The position numbers and the translations under genes were made by a program. DNA of 64,000 nt from Octopus vulgaris (Eukaryota): positions 15,810,001 to 15,874,000 of the forward strand of contig OX597829.1 of the NCBI GenBank assembly GCA_951406725.2. The letters run 5' to 3'. The notes beneath the pieces are model-generated. The model had not been told where the DNA came from. It made no database searches and saw nothing but the letters and a program-made list of their open reading frames with translations. Shown here piece by piece: positions 1-15,629 of the stretch. Positions within the stretch are counted from its first letter, which is position 1, and every line of letters starts with the position of its first letter.

Positions 1-2314
1 ATTACAAATTATCCCAAATACAAACATCTGATTAGGCTATTAATGGCAAATGTATTTTTTAATGTTCGTAAAAATCACACACGGTCAGACACACATGGTC
101 ACAGACACATGGTCACAGATACGCATATGATATGCACGCACTCATACGCATACGGATTCATACACCTATGGACCCGCACACAGACATTCACACACACGCA
201 CACTGTTTCATGTACACGCTTACATGCACATCGTTTCGCACACACATGGATTACATAGACACACGTACACACACATGCATGCACACACACACGGACTGAC
301 AAACATGGATTTATACACATTCACACACTCGGACACATGTACACACTCTTATATATACGGATTCATACACACGCTTACATACGCACGCACACACATACAC
401 ACACACAAACACGCACGCACACGCACACACACACACAAACACGCGCACACAATCAAGAGAACCAGACATTTTCCGTATCTACTTCATAAACCAATTGTAA
501 AACATTACATGAGAATATATCAACATCAGCTCTTTCAAAGCAGTCTCTACTCACTTTACACACACACACGCACACGCACACACACACACACACATACACA
601 CACAAGCACATACAAGCGTGTGCATACACATGCACATACACACACTGAGCATAATAACAAGATCAAACAACCCGCCCACACATCCACCATTTTTCATCAA
701 ATATTCCAATAAGATCAAACACTGAAAGCTACACAAAGGACAGGATTATAAAAACAAGTTCACGGTGCATATGAGAACATTTCATTCAGATCAGAGGTGG
801 CAGATCCCTCGCCCGCATTCACATATCAAACCGCCTACTGTTGAAGTCTCAAAAAACCTTTATGAAAAATAAAACGGTTTGATCCTGAAGACAAAACAAA
901 AAAAATTAAGAATAACGATTTAAGTTACGTAACTATGCATTTGTAAAATTAAAGATTCGTTATTTTTCTCAGCCCAACATGTTCTTAAGCAATTGTGATT
1001 TACTCCTGTTTCTAAAACTGTTCCCCGCCCTTGATTTAGACTGCAGTTTTAATATTGTTTTGCTTTATCTTTTATTCTTATTTTTATTTATTCCTTTTTT
1101 TGTGTTGTTTCTAAACCTAAAGGGGAATATTTGAAGTAAAAATGACAAACAAGAACGAGGCAAAAAAAAAAACAAAAAAGAAAAAGAGTTTATGAGATAC
1201 AGCCTTTTCTTCCTACAGCACCTTGAACGATCATAGGTGAAGTAGCGCATTTATTCAATTTACTCATACGACTGCAGTTCAAAAGGGTCGAGGCTCAAAT
1301 CTACTGCTTCACCCTGCGTTGTGACCCGTTCTTTGTAGTGCCGGCTTAATTCTGCATCCTTCAATCACTCTACACGATAAACTAACATTGGAGCCTAGCT
1401 ATATATGCGGCCACATGACCAGCTAGGAATAACACCCAAATCTCCATCAGATCACACACCTTACTCACGTTAATCTCAAACGGTAAGCCACAGATTCTTA
1501 GAAATACGATTTGAAGTCTTACCAAATCCATAATAATAATCGATTATCATGAAAAAAATGTGTTAGTCATAATTTCCTTATACATTGCTATGATAATAAA
1601 AGGAAGGAAGCAAAACGTACTTTTCAAATATTTTTCCAATTTTTTTAACTTTAAAACATTATTTCGTTTTGTTTATATTAATTTTTATAACTGTCCATGC
1701 GAAATGTGACAGTAATGTTCTTGTTATCTCCAGTGTACCATAAAGTTAAAGAAAACTAGAGAACCACTGCTCCAAAGAATTAAAAACGAACGGAAATAAT
1801 GGTTAATGTAGTCCTGGAGACACTATGTCTGAGAAAATACAATAAGAATAGCCTCGGTTGCAATGCCTTAAATCATTATTTTGCCCGAACAGGGCTCACC
1901 TGAGAGTAAGTAATATCAACAGCAATATCACTACTATCAGCATTTTTAAAACCACGTACAATAAAAGAGCCTTTTACGTAGTTATCTGGCCTGCAAGAAA
2001 CAACAGTCAAATATCTCATAAATCACTCTTTCCATTAAAAAAAAAAGATACATAGAAATTTCATGTTTGAAAATATTCAGAATGATATCGGCTTTAGCTC
2101 ATGGGTCTAAAAGATTGAACTGTTGCTAAATAATAATAGCAACGAAGAGACATTTTTTATGAAAAATGAGCGAGCTTGCAGCTGATGTTGCAGTCTTCTA
2201 CATAGAGCAACAAGCACAAAAGTATGAGCTATCAATGGTGCCTTGACCTGTAAGAAATATTAGCGAAATATCGCCAATGATACAACAGGTTTTAATGAAA
2301 AGAAGGACGCAAAC

Positions 2315-2460
2315 ATGGCTGTGTGGTAAAAAGAAAAACTTGCTCCCCAACCGCATGATTCTGTGTGGAACCTTGGGCAAGTGTCTTCTACTATAGCTTC
2401 GAGCCGACCAAAGTCTTGTGAGTGGATTTGTTAGACAGAAACTGAAATAAGCCTTCATGT
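2315..2460 (+). mobile_element. tRNA-headed SINE, local family S2, degenerate 5' part followed by (GT)n
   Basis: TGGCTGTGTGGTAA...ACCTTGGGCAAGTGTCTTCTACTATAGC...GAGTGGATTTG matches the reverse complement of the copies at 34710-35118 and 39785-40212. Confidence 0.7.
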
Positions 2461-2502
2461 GAGCATTTATTTGTGTGTGTGTGTGCGTGTGTGTGCGCGT
2501 GT

Positions 2503-2582
<80 letters not shown>

Positions 2583-3100
2583 GTAAATTTGAATGTTTCT
2601 ATGCAAATATGTTTCTGTGTATGCATTTATATATTGAACAGGTATACAGCACCCAAGCCTCTTCGCTTTGTTACCACAAACTTCAGAAAAACCTAGAGCT
2701 TAATTTTATATTTTTTAAATCATTCCCCTTTAATGATTTTATTTCGTTTTACAACGTGCATAGCTTTCACAGGTGTATTTCACTGAATTTGCTAATATAA
2801 CTTTCATTTTTTATTTTTCACGTTCAATTAATAATAACATTGTTTTTGTTCTCAACTAATAATGCCATAACTTAAATTGAAGTGCTTCCACAACGGATGC
2901 CTATCTCTTTAACTCTAATAACAAATTATTTTTACTTTTTATAAAGAGATATTTGCTAAATAGTGTAATATATGTGATTTGTTAATTCTGTATGAACACC
3001 TTTATCATTACAAACTTAATTTCTTAATGTTATTCCATTTCTATTTTTCCTATGAACTTGTCGACAGATGTTCTTGACTATATTTGAAATCTTCTTCCAT

Positions 3101-3136
<36 letters not shown>

Positions 3137-3341
3137 TACATTGTTGTATTTTGGGAGGTTCATTTTTTTACCAAATAAACACACGCACTACATATTCGTA
3201 CTTCACACGTTTATTACTGTTCTGTTTATCTTGCTTCATGTCCATTGTCCGGAAATTTTTAGTCACACATTTGTGAAGACTTCAGCGACACTTTCCATAT
3301 TCGTGTTTGCTCTTGCTCTGCTTATTCCATTCTGTTCTATA

Positions 3342-3955
3342 TACGTGGTGTGATCAATAAGTATCTTGACTGTTGCTATAGTAACGATGCTAAAGCACGC
3401 AGAGTGAAGCCGCTTGACACAGATTGACCTTGAACTCTGCTCTGCCTGCGCACTAAGTTTTAACGTTCTCGCTTACTTCTGCTGTTTACAGCAGTCCTTG
3501 GAAGGAATATGTGTAGAGTGTGATCGTGACATTGACCATGAGAGACGTAGTAAGCAGAGATCTGCATCAAATTTTGCCAAAGGTTTGGTAATGCCTGGTC
3601 AGAAGCCTACGCAAAGTTTCCAGAAAGTTTTCATCGTTCTCGACACAATCAAGGAGATCTTGTGCAACTGAAACCAAAGTGTCCTTTCGGTACAAACATG
3701 GCAGACACGCGTCTTATACCCAAATCTTCAGTGATTATGGACTGAACTAAACTGTAACTAATCTGCTCACCCTTTGATGACTTCCCTTCAGAGTTGCACG
3801 CACATCTGCGATGGGCTTTTTTCCGTTCTCCTGGTTGCGGGCCTCCCAGAACATTCGTCAATATCAAACTTTTATCTGCCACCCTGGAAACGTCTGAACC
3901 ACTTGTGTGCAGCTCATCTCCCTACACTTGCTGCAAATCTGTATAGGCCTCTCAA
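3342..3955. mobile_element. Degenerate, internally rearranged Tc1/mariner transposon remnant
   Basis: TA followed by mariner-like TIR start CGTGGTGTGATCAATAAGTATC at 3342. Plus strand ~3555-3630 gives CIKFCQRFGNAWSEAY (mariner N-terminus). Minus strand 3670-3950 gives WFRRFQGGR..DECSGRP and ISYSLVQSIITEDLGIRRVSAMFVPK (HTH and WVP-like motif). Confidence 0.75.
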
Positions 3956-3979
3956 CAGGCATCACCATGACAACTTTCT

Positions 3980-4386
3980 TATTTCTTTATTGCCCAGAAG
4001 GGACTAAAAACATAGAGGGGACAAACAAGGACAGACAAAGGGATTAAGTCGATTACATCGACCCCAGTGCGTAACTGGTACTTCATTTACCGACCCCGAA
4101 AGGATGAAACACAAAGTCGACCTCGGCGGAATTTGAACTCAGAACGTAACGACAGACGAAATGCCTATTTCTTTACTACCACAAGGGGTTAAACACAGAG
4201 AGGACAAACAAATGGATTAAGTTGATTATATCGACGCCAGCGCGTAACTGGTACTTAATTTATCAACCGCGAAAGGATGAAGGGCAAAAACGACCTCGGC
4301 GGAATTTGAACTTAGAACGTAAAGGCAAACTAAATACCGCTAAGCATTTCGCCCGGCGTGCTAACGTTTCTGCCAGCTCGCCGCCT
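3980..4386 (-). mobile_element. tRNA-derived SINE, local family S1 (Meta-like central domain), with duplicated 3' module
   Basis: Minus-strand head GGCGGCGAGCTGGCAGAAACGTTAGC...GTTCAAATTCC and core GTCGACTTTG..TTTCATCCTTTCGGGGTCG...AAGTACCAG; many copies in the window. Confidence 0.85.
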
Positions 4387-4516
4387 TTCTAACGTTTCTG
4401 CCAACTTGCCGCCTGTAACTTGCCCTAGGTGCCACGCAGTGGGACTGAACCCGGAACCATGTGGTTGGTTAGCAAGCTACTTACCACACAGCCACTCCTG
4501 CGCCTATATATATATT

Positions 4517-4555
<39 letters not shown>

Positions 4556-4754
4556 TGTACTTTTTAATTACTAATCAGCAGCTTATACAGAGTGACTCAA
4601 GGGCTGAGAGTTTCGTTCGTCTGCACTTCGTAAGTGCCAGCGCACGAAAGTTTCGGACCTTGAATCATTCTGTAACTTCTGCTGATTGTTAATGAAAAAA
4701 ACATCAAGCTTTGATTTCTAATTTCCTATTTTTATCAACAAATCTATGTATATA

Positions 4755-4961
4755 AGTGTGTGTGTGTAGTTTGTATGTGTGTGTATGTATACATACATAT
4801 ATATATATATGCATATATATATATATATGCAAATATATATGTATATGAATATATGTTTGTATACATATATATACGCATATATCCACGCACATATAATACA
4901 TACACGCATGCATACACACATACATACATACATGTATACATGTGTGTGTATGTTTATATAT

Positions 4962-5008
<47 letters not shown>

Positions 5009-5013
5009 TAGAT

Positions 5014-5064
<51 letters not shown>

Positions 5065-5080
5065 AATATATATACATACA

Positions 5081-5112
<32 letters not shown>

Positions 5113-5561
5113 CATATATGTGTATGAAGGGAGAGAAAGAGATGGAAGAGATTGGGATATTACCTACTTTAAACGTAATCTGCATTATATCCCCATAGTC
5201 TGTATAATGAATTATTAAGCTAGTCATTTCTTATCACATTTTTACTTGTTTCGTTGTTGCTATTTTTTTTATTTTTATATTCTTTAACACACGAGACACC
5301 ACTCTAAACTAATCCTTCATAAGAAATCAATAGAAACAATTCTATTGGTTTCGAAACCTTTGTACAAGTGTTGCATGCTTTGCATATAAATGAAATGTTT
5401 AACTACTTACAAAATAAATTGAATCTTTTCTTGTGTGAGGAGTGATCTTCTAAATATTCAGATTAAGATAATCTTAGGATAATCATACATACATACATGC
5501 TACATACATATATACATATACATAAACATAGATACATAAAACATACATACTTATATACATA

Positions 5562-5621
<60 letters not shown>

Positions 5622-5801
5622 TAAATAGATAGATGTAGATATAGATATATAGATATATATATGCATATGTGTATGTTATAAATATATATTGTATGTATAT
5701 AAATAAAGTATATATATATATATATATATAGTGTGTGTGTGTGTATGTATGTATATATATGTATGTATGTATGTATATATGTATGTATGTTTGTATGTAT
5801 G

Positions 5802-5835
<34 letters not shown>

Positions 5836-5880
5836 TGTATGTATGTATGTATGTATGTATGTATGTATGTATACATATAC
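4755..5880. repeat. Compound microsatellite fields (TA, GATA, TACA/TATG, GA)
   Basis: Directly visible tandem arrays separated by about 350 bp of unique sequence. Confidence 0.95.
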
Positions 5881-7005
5881 CAACGTGAACGACCGTCATC
5901 TTTAATGAAGGTATGTAGCCCCGTTATCTTGCGTCTCTGTTTGCTATATAATTGTGTGTGTGACTATGAACATATGCGTGTACATACATACATATATATA
6001 TATATACACACATTCACACACGCGTGCGTACACAAGTGCGCACAAGCATGTACACACATATATATATTCTTGCTTTCTTGCTTCTTGCTTAATTTTCTCT
6101 ATCTCTAACCAGTGTGTATATCATGGTAAGCTTCTAGCACACTTTCGTTTAATATTTTAGACACCCATGTGACGTCGAGCTGACATAAATGGCTTTTCGA
6201 TGTTTCAGTCCTTGAACCAGCTGAACACCGTCTATTCGACGACACCTGAAAGAAGGAGGTAGCACCAGCACTCGTCCGGTACGCATTTCCAGCTGAACAG
6301 AGTGAACCACAGTTACATTATATGCCTTCGCTCAATGACGCAGTACACTGCCCAATCTTGGAATCCATGATCTTTGTGCCGACGTATTTGTGTGTTGAAT
6401 TTTGGATAAATACAAGAGGATTCAAAGGTTTCTTCCGCATTACTCTTTTCTTTGGCATTAATCTTTTCTTCAGTAATCTTTTCTGCTCTAGACCCCCGAG
6501 AGGGGTCGATAAATTAAGTACCAGTTGCGTACTGGGATCGATCTAATCGACTGACCCACTCGCCATAAATTTTGGGCCTTGTACCTAGAGAAAAAAAGAT
6601 TAGTGCAAAACAGCGGATAACCGATGTCAAGTGAGCACATCTCATCTCCATCCTTATCACTCGTTCAAAATATTCACCTTCTCACTATATCTCTCAACTA
6701 CTATCCTCTGCAAGAGTCCTTCGTTGTTGCTATAGCTCGGGTATTCCAGGATAACAAGGCTTACTATCATGCTGTTCATAATGCAAGCCATCCATACCAC
6801 CCTGCTCAACTAGATACACCCGGACAATTGAAAAGGGATATAATGTTGATAATGAATATTTTCTCGTCTGATAATAAAATATTTCTAAAATAAATAAAAA
6901 TGCATATGCACATCTGCGCGCGTAGCACAAACTTACACATACGTACATATATATACACACTTATATATATATACATATATGAATTTATGCATTTATATAC
7001 AAACA

Positions 7006-7049
<44 letters not shown>

Positions 7050-7051
7050 TT

Positions 7052-7123
<72 letters not shown>

Positions 7124-7519
7124 TATATGCTTTTATATATAAGCACAAATGTAAACATATATAGAAATATATGTGTATATATATATATATGTATGTATAT
7201 ACATACATACATATATACATACATATATATGCATATATATTTCAGTGCAAAAGCAAATATATATAGAAATATATTTATATATATTCATATATATGTGTAT
7301 GTATTGTATATGTATATATATGTTTGTGTGTGTGAGTGTGTGTATATATGTGTGTGTGTGAATGTGTATGTGCGCGCGTGTATGTGTGGGTGAGTACCTA
7401 TCGACGTGCGTGGGTGTTCATGCGTGTGCGCATGTGTTTATATGTAATGGTGCGCTCGTGTGCGTGTGCACGCACGCGTGTGTGTATGTGCGTGTATATT
7501 CGTGTATTGGAGTATGTGA

Positions 7520-7601
<82 letters not shown>

Positions 7602-9134
7602 GTACATTACGGAGAAGCTAAGTTCATGTTCTCTAAATGGTATGAAGAATGGCCCTGTCTTAAATTCTGTCCAGACATGGCAATAGATAATTATAGTAGT
7701 CTCTGATGTCTCGCTCTCTTATGCTATTATAGTTTGTTTTCCTGCAGACTTTCACCCTTTAGCAATAAAAACAATAAAATCTGACAAGCTTGTTGCAAAG
7801 TTGTTGAAATGAAGACAGAAATATTCAGAATCAAACAAGGTTGGGGAATAGACAGAAACATTTCAACGATCGAACATTTTTAAACTAATAGTATTAACTT
7901 TGAATACGTCCACAACAAAAATACAAAAGTATTCCTGGCAATAAAGGAGCCCACTATGAGGTCAATCGATTTGCTAAATATTGCAGCCGAATCTCCGTCA
8001 AATCAACACCTGATCTTTAAAAAAGAAAAGCAAAAAAAAAAGGGGGGGGATAAAAGGGTGAGTTAGATAATGCTTTAAATAGAGTGTAACTGGGAAAAAA
8101 TACAAGGTAAAGCACTCTCGAAAGGAATACATCCGATCATATATCTGATTTGTTCGATGAGGGTTGATCTACAGTAAATAAGTAATAATGACAACAATTT
8201 TATTACACACAGAGAGAGAGAGTTGGTTATTGATTATATAGGATTACATATCGAAAACCTGGTCTTTATAAGTGGTATATATATTATCAAATATCAAACA
8301 GGTTTTCTGACCAAAGAATGGTGATAATGTACTATTTTTATTGTTGCTATTGTTATTGATGTTGTTGGTGGTGGTAGTAGTAATACAGTTGTTACTATTG
8401 CTGCTTTAGTTACTGTTTACCTTCAGATCAATCTGTTAGAAGTGTGGCCATTGTCTATATATATTAATATATAAATATGCTAATAAATAATACATTAATA
8501 TATAAAATGTAGGACTACATTATCCAGTGTGTTTTCTTCATTTAAGAAAACTGCATGATTTGAAGGTTATTTGCTTCTGTTTCTAGCATCGTGTGCGACC
8601 CTCGTTGAAAGACAGCTACATAAGAAGCTAGTGAACTCAATGAGAAGGTAATAATTGTTCATCTCTAGCTATCTGTAATGGTGTATATCCACGTAGAATG
8701 TTTCAGTCTATCTAATAAAACCGTTGATGCTTACTGCAGCCATTTCTAAGTCTTGCCAATACAGCTAAATATGCTTCATTGCTTTCACCAGTTGGCTTAA
8801 AAGACGAGAACCATTCCCATCTGCATCGTTTTTATTTTCCAAAAATTTAGATTAACTGGCATTATAGTAATGAACTCTATTGCTTGTTGCTTTTAGGTTT
8901 TACGCATCCACAAAGGAAATTTTTGTTTACTGGTTACATGGATAACCTCGGTTAATTGAAGTAATTCATCTCGCTGCATAATGTATGTGATGCCCTACCG
9001 TATGTGGATTTCGTTTGTAGTATACCTCCCATCCCTCGAGTATTTTCTTCAGCCATATTGTTGATATAATCGTCATCATTAAATTATCTGTATGCTTGTG
9101 TGTGTGTGTACGCGTATGCGTTCGTGTGTGTGTG

Positions 9135-9173
9135 GATAGATAGATCGATATATAGATAGACAGATAGATAGAT

Positions 9174-9231
<58 letters not shown>

Positions 9232-9537
9232 GTATGTAGGTTGAGAGGTAGGCATGTAGGTAGGTAGGTAGGTAGGTAGGTAGGTAGGTAGGTATGTAGG
9301 TAGGTAGGTAGGTAGGTAGGTAGGTAGGTATGTATGTATGTATGTATGTATGTAGGTAGGTAGGTAGGTAGGTAGGTAGGTAGGTAGGTAGGTAGGTAGG
9401 TAGGTAGGTAGGTAGGTAGGTAGGTAGGTAGGTAGGTAGATAGGTAGGTAGGTAAGTACGTAGGTAGTAGGTTGGTAGGTAGGTAGGCAGGTGGATGGAT
9501 GGAAGGAAGGAATAGATAGATAGAGAGAAATAGATAA

Positions 9538-9618
<81 letters not shown>

Positions 9619-9630
9619 AAGATAGATATA
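9135..9630. repeat. (GATA)n-(GGTA)n-(GATA)n compound tetranucleotide array
   Basis: Directly visible. Confidence 0.95.
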
Positions 9631-9777
9631 CAAGCAGATAGTTAGAGGTATAGCTATAGAGAAAGGGACGGAAAATAGGTAGAGAAAGAGAGTTCGATAG
9701 AGGATATATAGGCAAAACTTTGAAGCTTTTCCATGTGAAAATTATACATACATCGATCCACAAATACATCCATATAC

Positions 9778-9813
<36 letters not shown>

Positions 9814-10166
9814 ATACGTGCATATATATATATGAAGAATGTGTGTGTGCGTGCGTGTGTGTATGTATGTGCACTATTGTATTCTGCGGATCACACAAAT
9901 TCCGAGTAATTGTGCTAAATATGTTTCACTGAGGAAATCTAATAATACCAAAACATGACGGCTGTTTATAGCTGTTAGCTTTATACTACTCCCGTCTGCG
10001 TCGTTTTTATTTTGGAGAAATTTGGGTCCAACACCAGATCTATTGTGTAGAAAATAGATATGATTATTATATAAAAAAAAGTTGACAGTCTATTCCGAGA
10101 AAACGAGAGGAAGAGAGCACGAAAAAAAAGTGTTTTTGTGCCGTGTCTGTGCGTGTGTGTGTGTGT

Positions 10167-10211
<45 letters not shown>

Positions 10212-10976
10212 TTTGTGTGTGTGTGTGTAAAAAGTGTTGTTATTCAATGCTTTATTTCTCGTATAAAACAACAATGTACCTGAAAATACCTGAAAATACC
10301 CGAAAAGAACACTCGTAGAATGTAGGATGTATGTTTAGTGTAAGTTATTTTGGTACCTCGAGTTTACTTTAGTATCAAGGAATTTCGAGGTACAACAATC
10401 TTCATGGATTTTCTAGTTAAGTAAAGAAAAACAATTACCAAAAAAAAAACAAAAAAAAAAATAAAACGTGTCTTGTGTTTTTCTAATTACTGCAAAATTC
10501 CGCTGAATATTGTTTTGTCCAAAATTCCTTGATACTAAGCGTGAAACTTATGATATGGAAGTAAGTAACAATACCAAACATATATGCGTGTGTGTGTGTG
10601 CGCATGTACATGTGTGTGTGTGTGTATGTGTGATCGTGAGTGTGATTACATTTACGTGAATCACATTTGTAACATTATATATAATTTCTTTATTACGTAA
10701 CTCAAAGTATAAGTATTTGTTGTTTTGTACCAGCTTACAATGAAGACATTTTTGTTAATATCATTTTTTTTTAAATCATAGATGTTGTTGTAATAATAAT
10801 ACTACTATTATTATTATTATTACTATTATTATTATTAACATCATCATCATCATCATCATCATCATTTTTTATTAGTTATCTTTTCCATATTGTCGTTGTT
10901 GTTATTGTTGTTGCTGCTATTTTGCTGTTTTCTCCATTGCTTGTATGTATTCTATATAAGACATAAACATTTTTAT

Positions 10977-11075
<99 letters not shown>

Positions 11076-12324
11076 TGCTCTATTATTGTTGATTATAGTT
11101 GTTGTTAATTCCCAGCGTGGCTTCTTGTCCCTAACAATGATATTTTTAAGCGAGGTCGAGAGGGCTGTTTAAAAATTAACTCACTAAAATTATATCCATT
11201 CACAAAATCTCGCTCAGATGTCTTTGATCAATGTAATGCGGTTTCTCACCTTTTCGTTTTTGATTTTATTTTATTCTTATTTATTTATGTTTTTAGAAAA
11301 TCTGAACCATTCCTCTTTGAAAAGTCGATAAAAGAACTTGAAATTTTTTTTTTCCAGAAACTTAATAAACAAATAAATATGTGTGCGTGCGCGTGTGTGT
11401 GCGTGTATGCATACACATACACATACACACACATACACACACACACATATACATATGCATATATGTGTGTGTGTAAAAATTTACATATATATGTGTATAT
11501 ATAAATCTACATTTATATGTAAATATATATATAAATCTACATATATATATATATATATATACAGAGAGAGATATAGACATAGATACATAAATCGACATAT
11601 ATATATAAATCTATATACGCATATTCATGTATAGATATACATGGTGATTGCTCCATCTTCACAGATGTATAGATACATACATACATACATACATACATAC
11701 ATACATACATACATACATACATACATCCTTACATCCATCCATCCATACGCACATACATGCATGCATACATATATACATACATACATAAATACATGCATGC
11801 ATACATACATGCATATATATACATATGCATGACGTATGTATAATTAAAACAGGGAAGAAAATTACAAATAGAAAACCAAAAATCATTTTAATAGAATTTC
11901 TTTCCTTCTTTCTTTTTACTTTTCTCTCTTTCTTTCTTTCCTTTTTTCTTTGTGTCTTTGTATTTTAGTGTTTATTGTGGAAATATTTAAAAGCCTTTCA
12001 TGTAGCGAAAATAGCTAGTACAAATATTTTTGAAAATTCTGATTATTAAATTGAATTCTTAAAAATTCTTATTGAAATACATTGCATTACCGAAAGCAGT
12101 CTCTTAATTCCTTCTATGCTTGGTAAAGGAATAGTCAAAGAATGCGAAAGATTTCGCGGTATAATTGGTATTGTAACAAATATCGTCTCTGACAAGTTTC
12201 TAGAAAATTCTAACAACATGGAATTGTGGAATCCCCCTTTGGAGTTTCATTTTGGTTTTCTTTCTCTGTTTATCGTTTCTTTTGTTTACCATTCTTTGCT
12301 TTTGTATATTATATTTTCTTCTCC

Positions 12325-12360
12325 TTGTTGCTGTTGTTGTTGTTGCTGTTATTGCCGTGG

Positions 12361-12391
<31 letters not shown>

Positions 12392-12399
12392 GTTGTTGC

Positions 12400-12436
<37 letters not shown>

Positions 12437-12795
12437 GAGCATTTTAAAAGCACGACTACAGCGTCATCACTAGCACCGATACTATCACAACCAATCCTCT
12501 TCGCGACCGCCAACACCACTATCATCATCATCATCATCATCATCATCTTCATCATCATCATCATCATCATCACCATCATCATCCATATGACCATCACCAT
12601 CGTTGTCGTCATCATCGCCATACATCATCGTTACAACGGCAACAGCATAAACACCACTTTCACTGCTGTTATCACTACAACTACTACCACCACCACTATC
12701 TTCATCATCATCCTCTTCCTCTTCCCACACCGCCTCGTCATTATCATCATCGTCATCACCATCATCTTCATCATTTATTTCCATCATCACCATCA
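12325..12795. repeat. (GTT)n and degenerate (CAT)n trinucleotide arrays
   Basis: Directly visible; explains the poly-C/V/I/D ORFs. Confidence 0.95.
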
Positions 12796-12834
12796 GTTTT
12801 GCTAACAACACACAAGAAAACAGTTTATATTACC

Positions 12835-13234
12835 TATTTCTTTACTACCCACAAGGGGCCAAACACAGAAAGGACAAACAAGGACAGACAAACGGATCAA
12901 GTCGATTATATCGACCCCAGTGCGTAACTGGTACTTATTTAATCGACCACGAAATGATTAAAGGCAAAGTCGACCTCGGCGGAATTTGAACTCAGAACGT
13001 AGCGGCAGACGAAATACCTACTTCTTTATTACCCACAAGAAGCGAAACATAGACGAGACAAACAAGGACGGTCAGACGGATTAAGTCGAATATATCGACC
13101 CCAGTGCGTAACTGGTAATTAATTTATCGACCCCGGAATGATGAAAGGCAAAGACGAACTCAGAACGTAACAGCAGACGAAATACGGCTATGCATTTCGC
13201 CCGACGTACTAACGATTCTGCCAGCTCGCCGCCT
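12835..13234 (-). mobile_element. SINE family S1 with duplicated 3' module
   Basis: Same motifs as 3980-4386. Confidence 0.85.
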
Positions 13235-13909
13235 TGTACTACCACCATTACAGTCTTGTATTACCACCATTACCGCAACCAGTAAGACATCATTATACTC
13301 ACAAGTGAGTTATTTGACTACTATTTCTGCGACTCTGTGTAGAGATGTCGTGGTGGGTAGATGAAATATAAAGTAAAAATGTCAAATATGAATAATTGAC
13401 AGTCTGTCCAAAAAAAAAATTTCTTTTTTTTTTGTTTTTGAAGTTTTACATGTTCTGTTTTATTTGTCTTTCTTTGTTCTTTCCTTAAAATTTTAACTGA
13501 GTGATTAACAAGCTCACGTCACGATCACCTGTTGAATAACGGATTTTGTGTCGAATTTGTTAAAGGAAGGCAATGTAGAGGTTTGTCCATTAAATATACA
13601 TGCGCCATTATATACATATAACCATATATATATTTACATAAAAATACGTAGGTAAATATACAGAGAGACAGAGAGAAAGAAAGAGAGAAGAAAAGGGAGA
13701 AATAGACACATACATGCATACACACATACCTTTTACTTGTTTCAAGCATGAACCTGCGTCCATACTGACGGTGTTCACATGTATGTATATATGTACACAT
13801 ACATATGTATATATATATATATATATATAGCCACATATGTATGTATATGTATATAAAATATGTACGTATATAGAAACATACGTATATATATATTTATATT
13901 TGCATATAT

Positions 13910-13951
<42 letters not shown>

Positions 13952-14041
13952 TATAGAACCGTTTCTCTCCACATTTTTTCTCTCTTTATTTTATTTATTT
14001 TTTAGTTTTTTCTAATCTCTCTCGTTCTTTTTACCTTAATC

Positions 14042-14076
14042 CTTTCTGTCGAAGAGCGTAGGCTTGAAACGTAAAA
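14042..14076 (+). ncRNA. Minimal hammerhead-like motif (A6U core) in a PLE pLTR-like fragment
   Basis: TTT-CTGTCGA-A-GAGC-GTAG-GCTT-GAAA-CG-TA-AAA; homologous to 18374-18411 and flanked by (TA)n. Confidence 0.55.
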
Positions 14077-14112
14077 CACATTTCCATTCTTCCCGAACGT
14101 TAAACTAATATA

Positions 14113-14181
<69 letters not shown>

Positions 14182-14681
14182 GTATATATATATATATATA
14201 TACATACATATACGTATACATAAAGCAGTGTATCGTAAAATACAATGTATATTGTGTTGTATGTTATACAATATATTTTGCATTAACGTTAGCCATTAAT
14301 ACGCTGACATACACTCATAAATGAGTCGAAACGAAAACGTGAGTATGTTATGTACGAACATATGCATGTATCGGCCTAACTATTTTGGGGGGTGTATTAG
14401 TAAATATATATATATATATATATACATACATACAAGTATGGATATTTTTATCTAATGTACACGGAATCAAATCGCTAAGTTTACATGAGTACTGTGCCTC
14501 TTTACGTGTGCAGTCCACTGTGAACATTCCTACAAGTACATGTTCGTTCACTTCTGCATTGATGCACATTCGATTATAAATGTATTTATATGCCTCTGTA
14601 TACAAACATGCGTATGTTCGTACACATGTCTCTGCAAGTCTGTATGCATAAATGTATCCGTGTATATATATATATATATAT

Positions 14682-14740
<59 letters not shown>

Positions 14741-15309
14741 TATACATATATATATATACATATACATATGTATGTGTGTGTTTATAACAGCTAAATTCGT
14801 ATATATATATATATATATACACGAATATATATATATACGTATATATATATATATATATATATATACGAATATACATATATGTAACGTTTGTCGGTATATG
14901 TATCCGTATGTGTATGTATATGTTTGCAAACGTATATATATGAATGTGTGTGTGTTGTGTGCGTATGTGCGTGTATGTGTATCTATATATATATCTGTGT
15001 GTGTGTGTGTCTGCTAATAAAAGCCTTTTACTATGGAAATATACTTTCATTTGGATATATATTTATAGATGTATAGTTACACAGATGTCTATGCCTGTGT
15101 ATATCTGTCTGTATGTGTGTGCACGCGTACGTGTGTGTGGGTGTCTTTGTATGTGTATACATACATTTATATATATGTACGTATGTATGTATGGATGGAT
15201 GTATGTATGTATATATATGTATACAGCCATATACCTACACATATTTAAATATCTATATGTAATGTATATATGCAGACATATGTATACATATTTAAATATC
15301 TATATGTAA

Positions 15310-15351
<42 letters not shown>

Positions 15352-15367
15352 ACATACAAAAATACAC

Positions 15368-15435
<68 letters not shown>

Positions 15436-15566
15436 ACACTAATTTTGACCTCTCTTTGACATACGTTCTGTTACAAATAAAACCTGTATTATCTACCATT
15501 ATGAACGCTAAAGTAGAACATTTCCAACCTACAACTCTAAGCTATAATAAAACCTAGAATTACACA

Positions 15567-15629
<63 letters not shown>

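Noticed and set aside
6624-6893. 89-aa non-repetitive ORF
   Set aside because: No recognisable motif or splice context; length expected by chance
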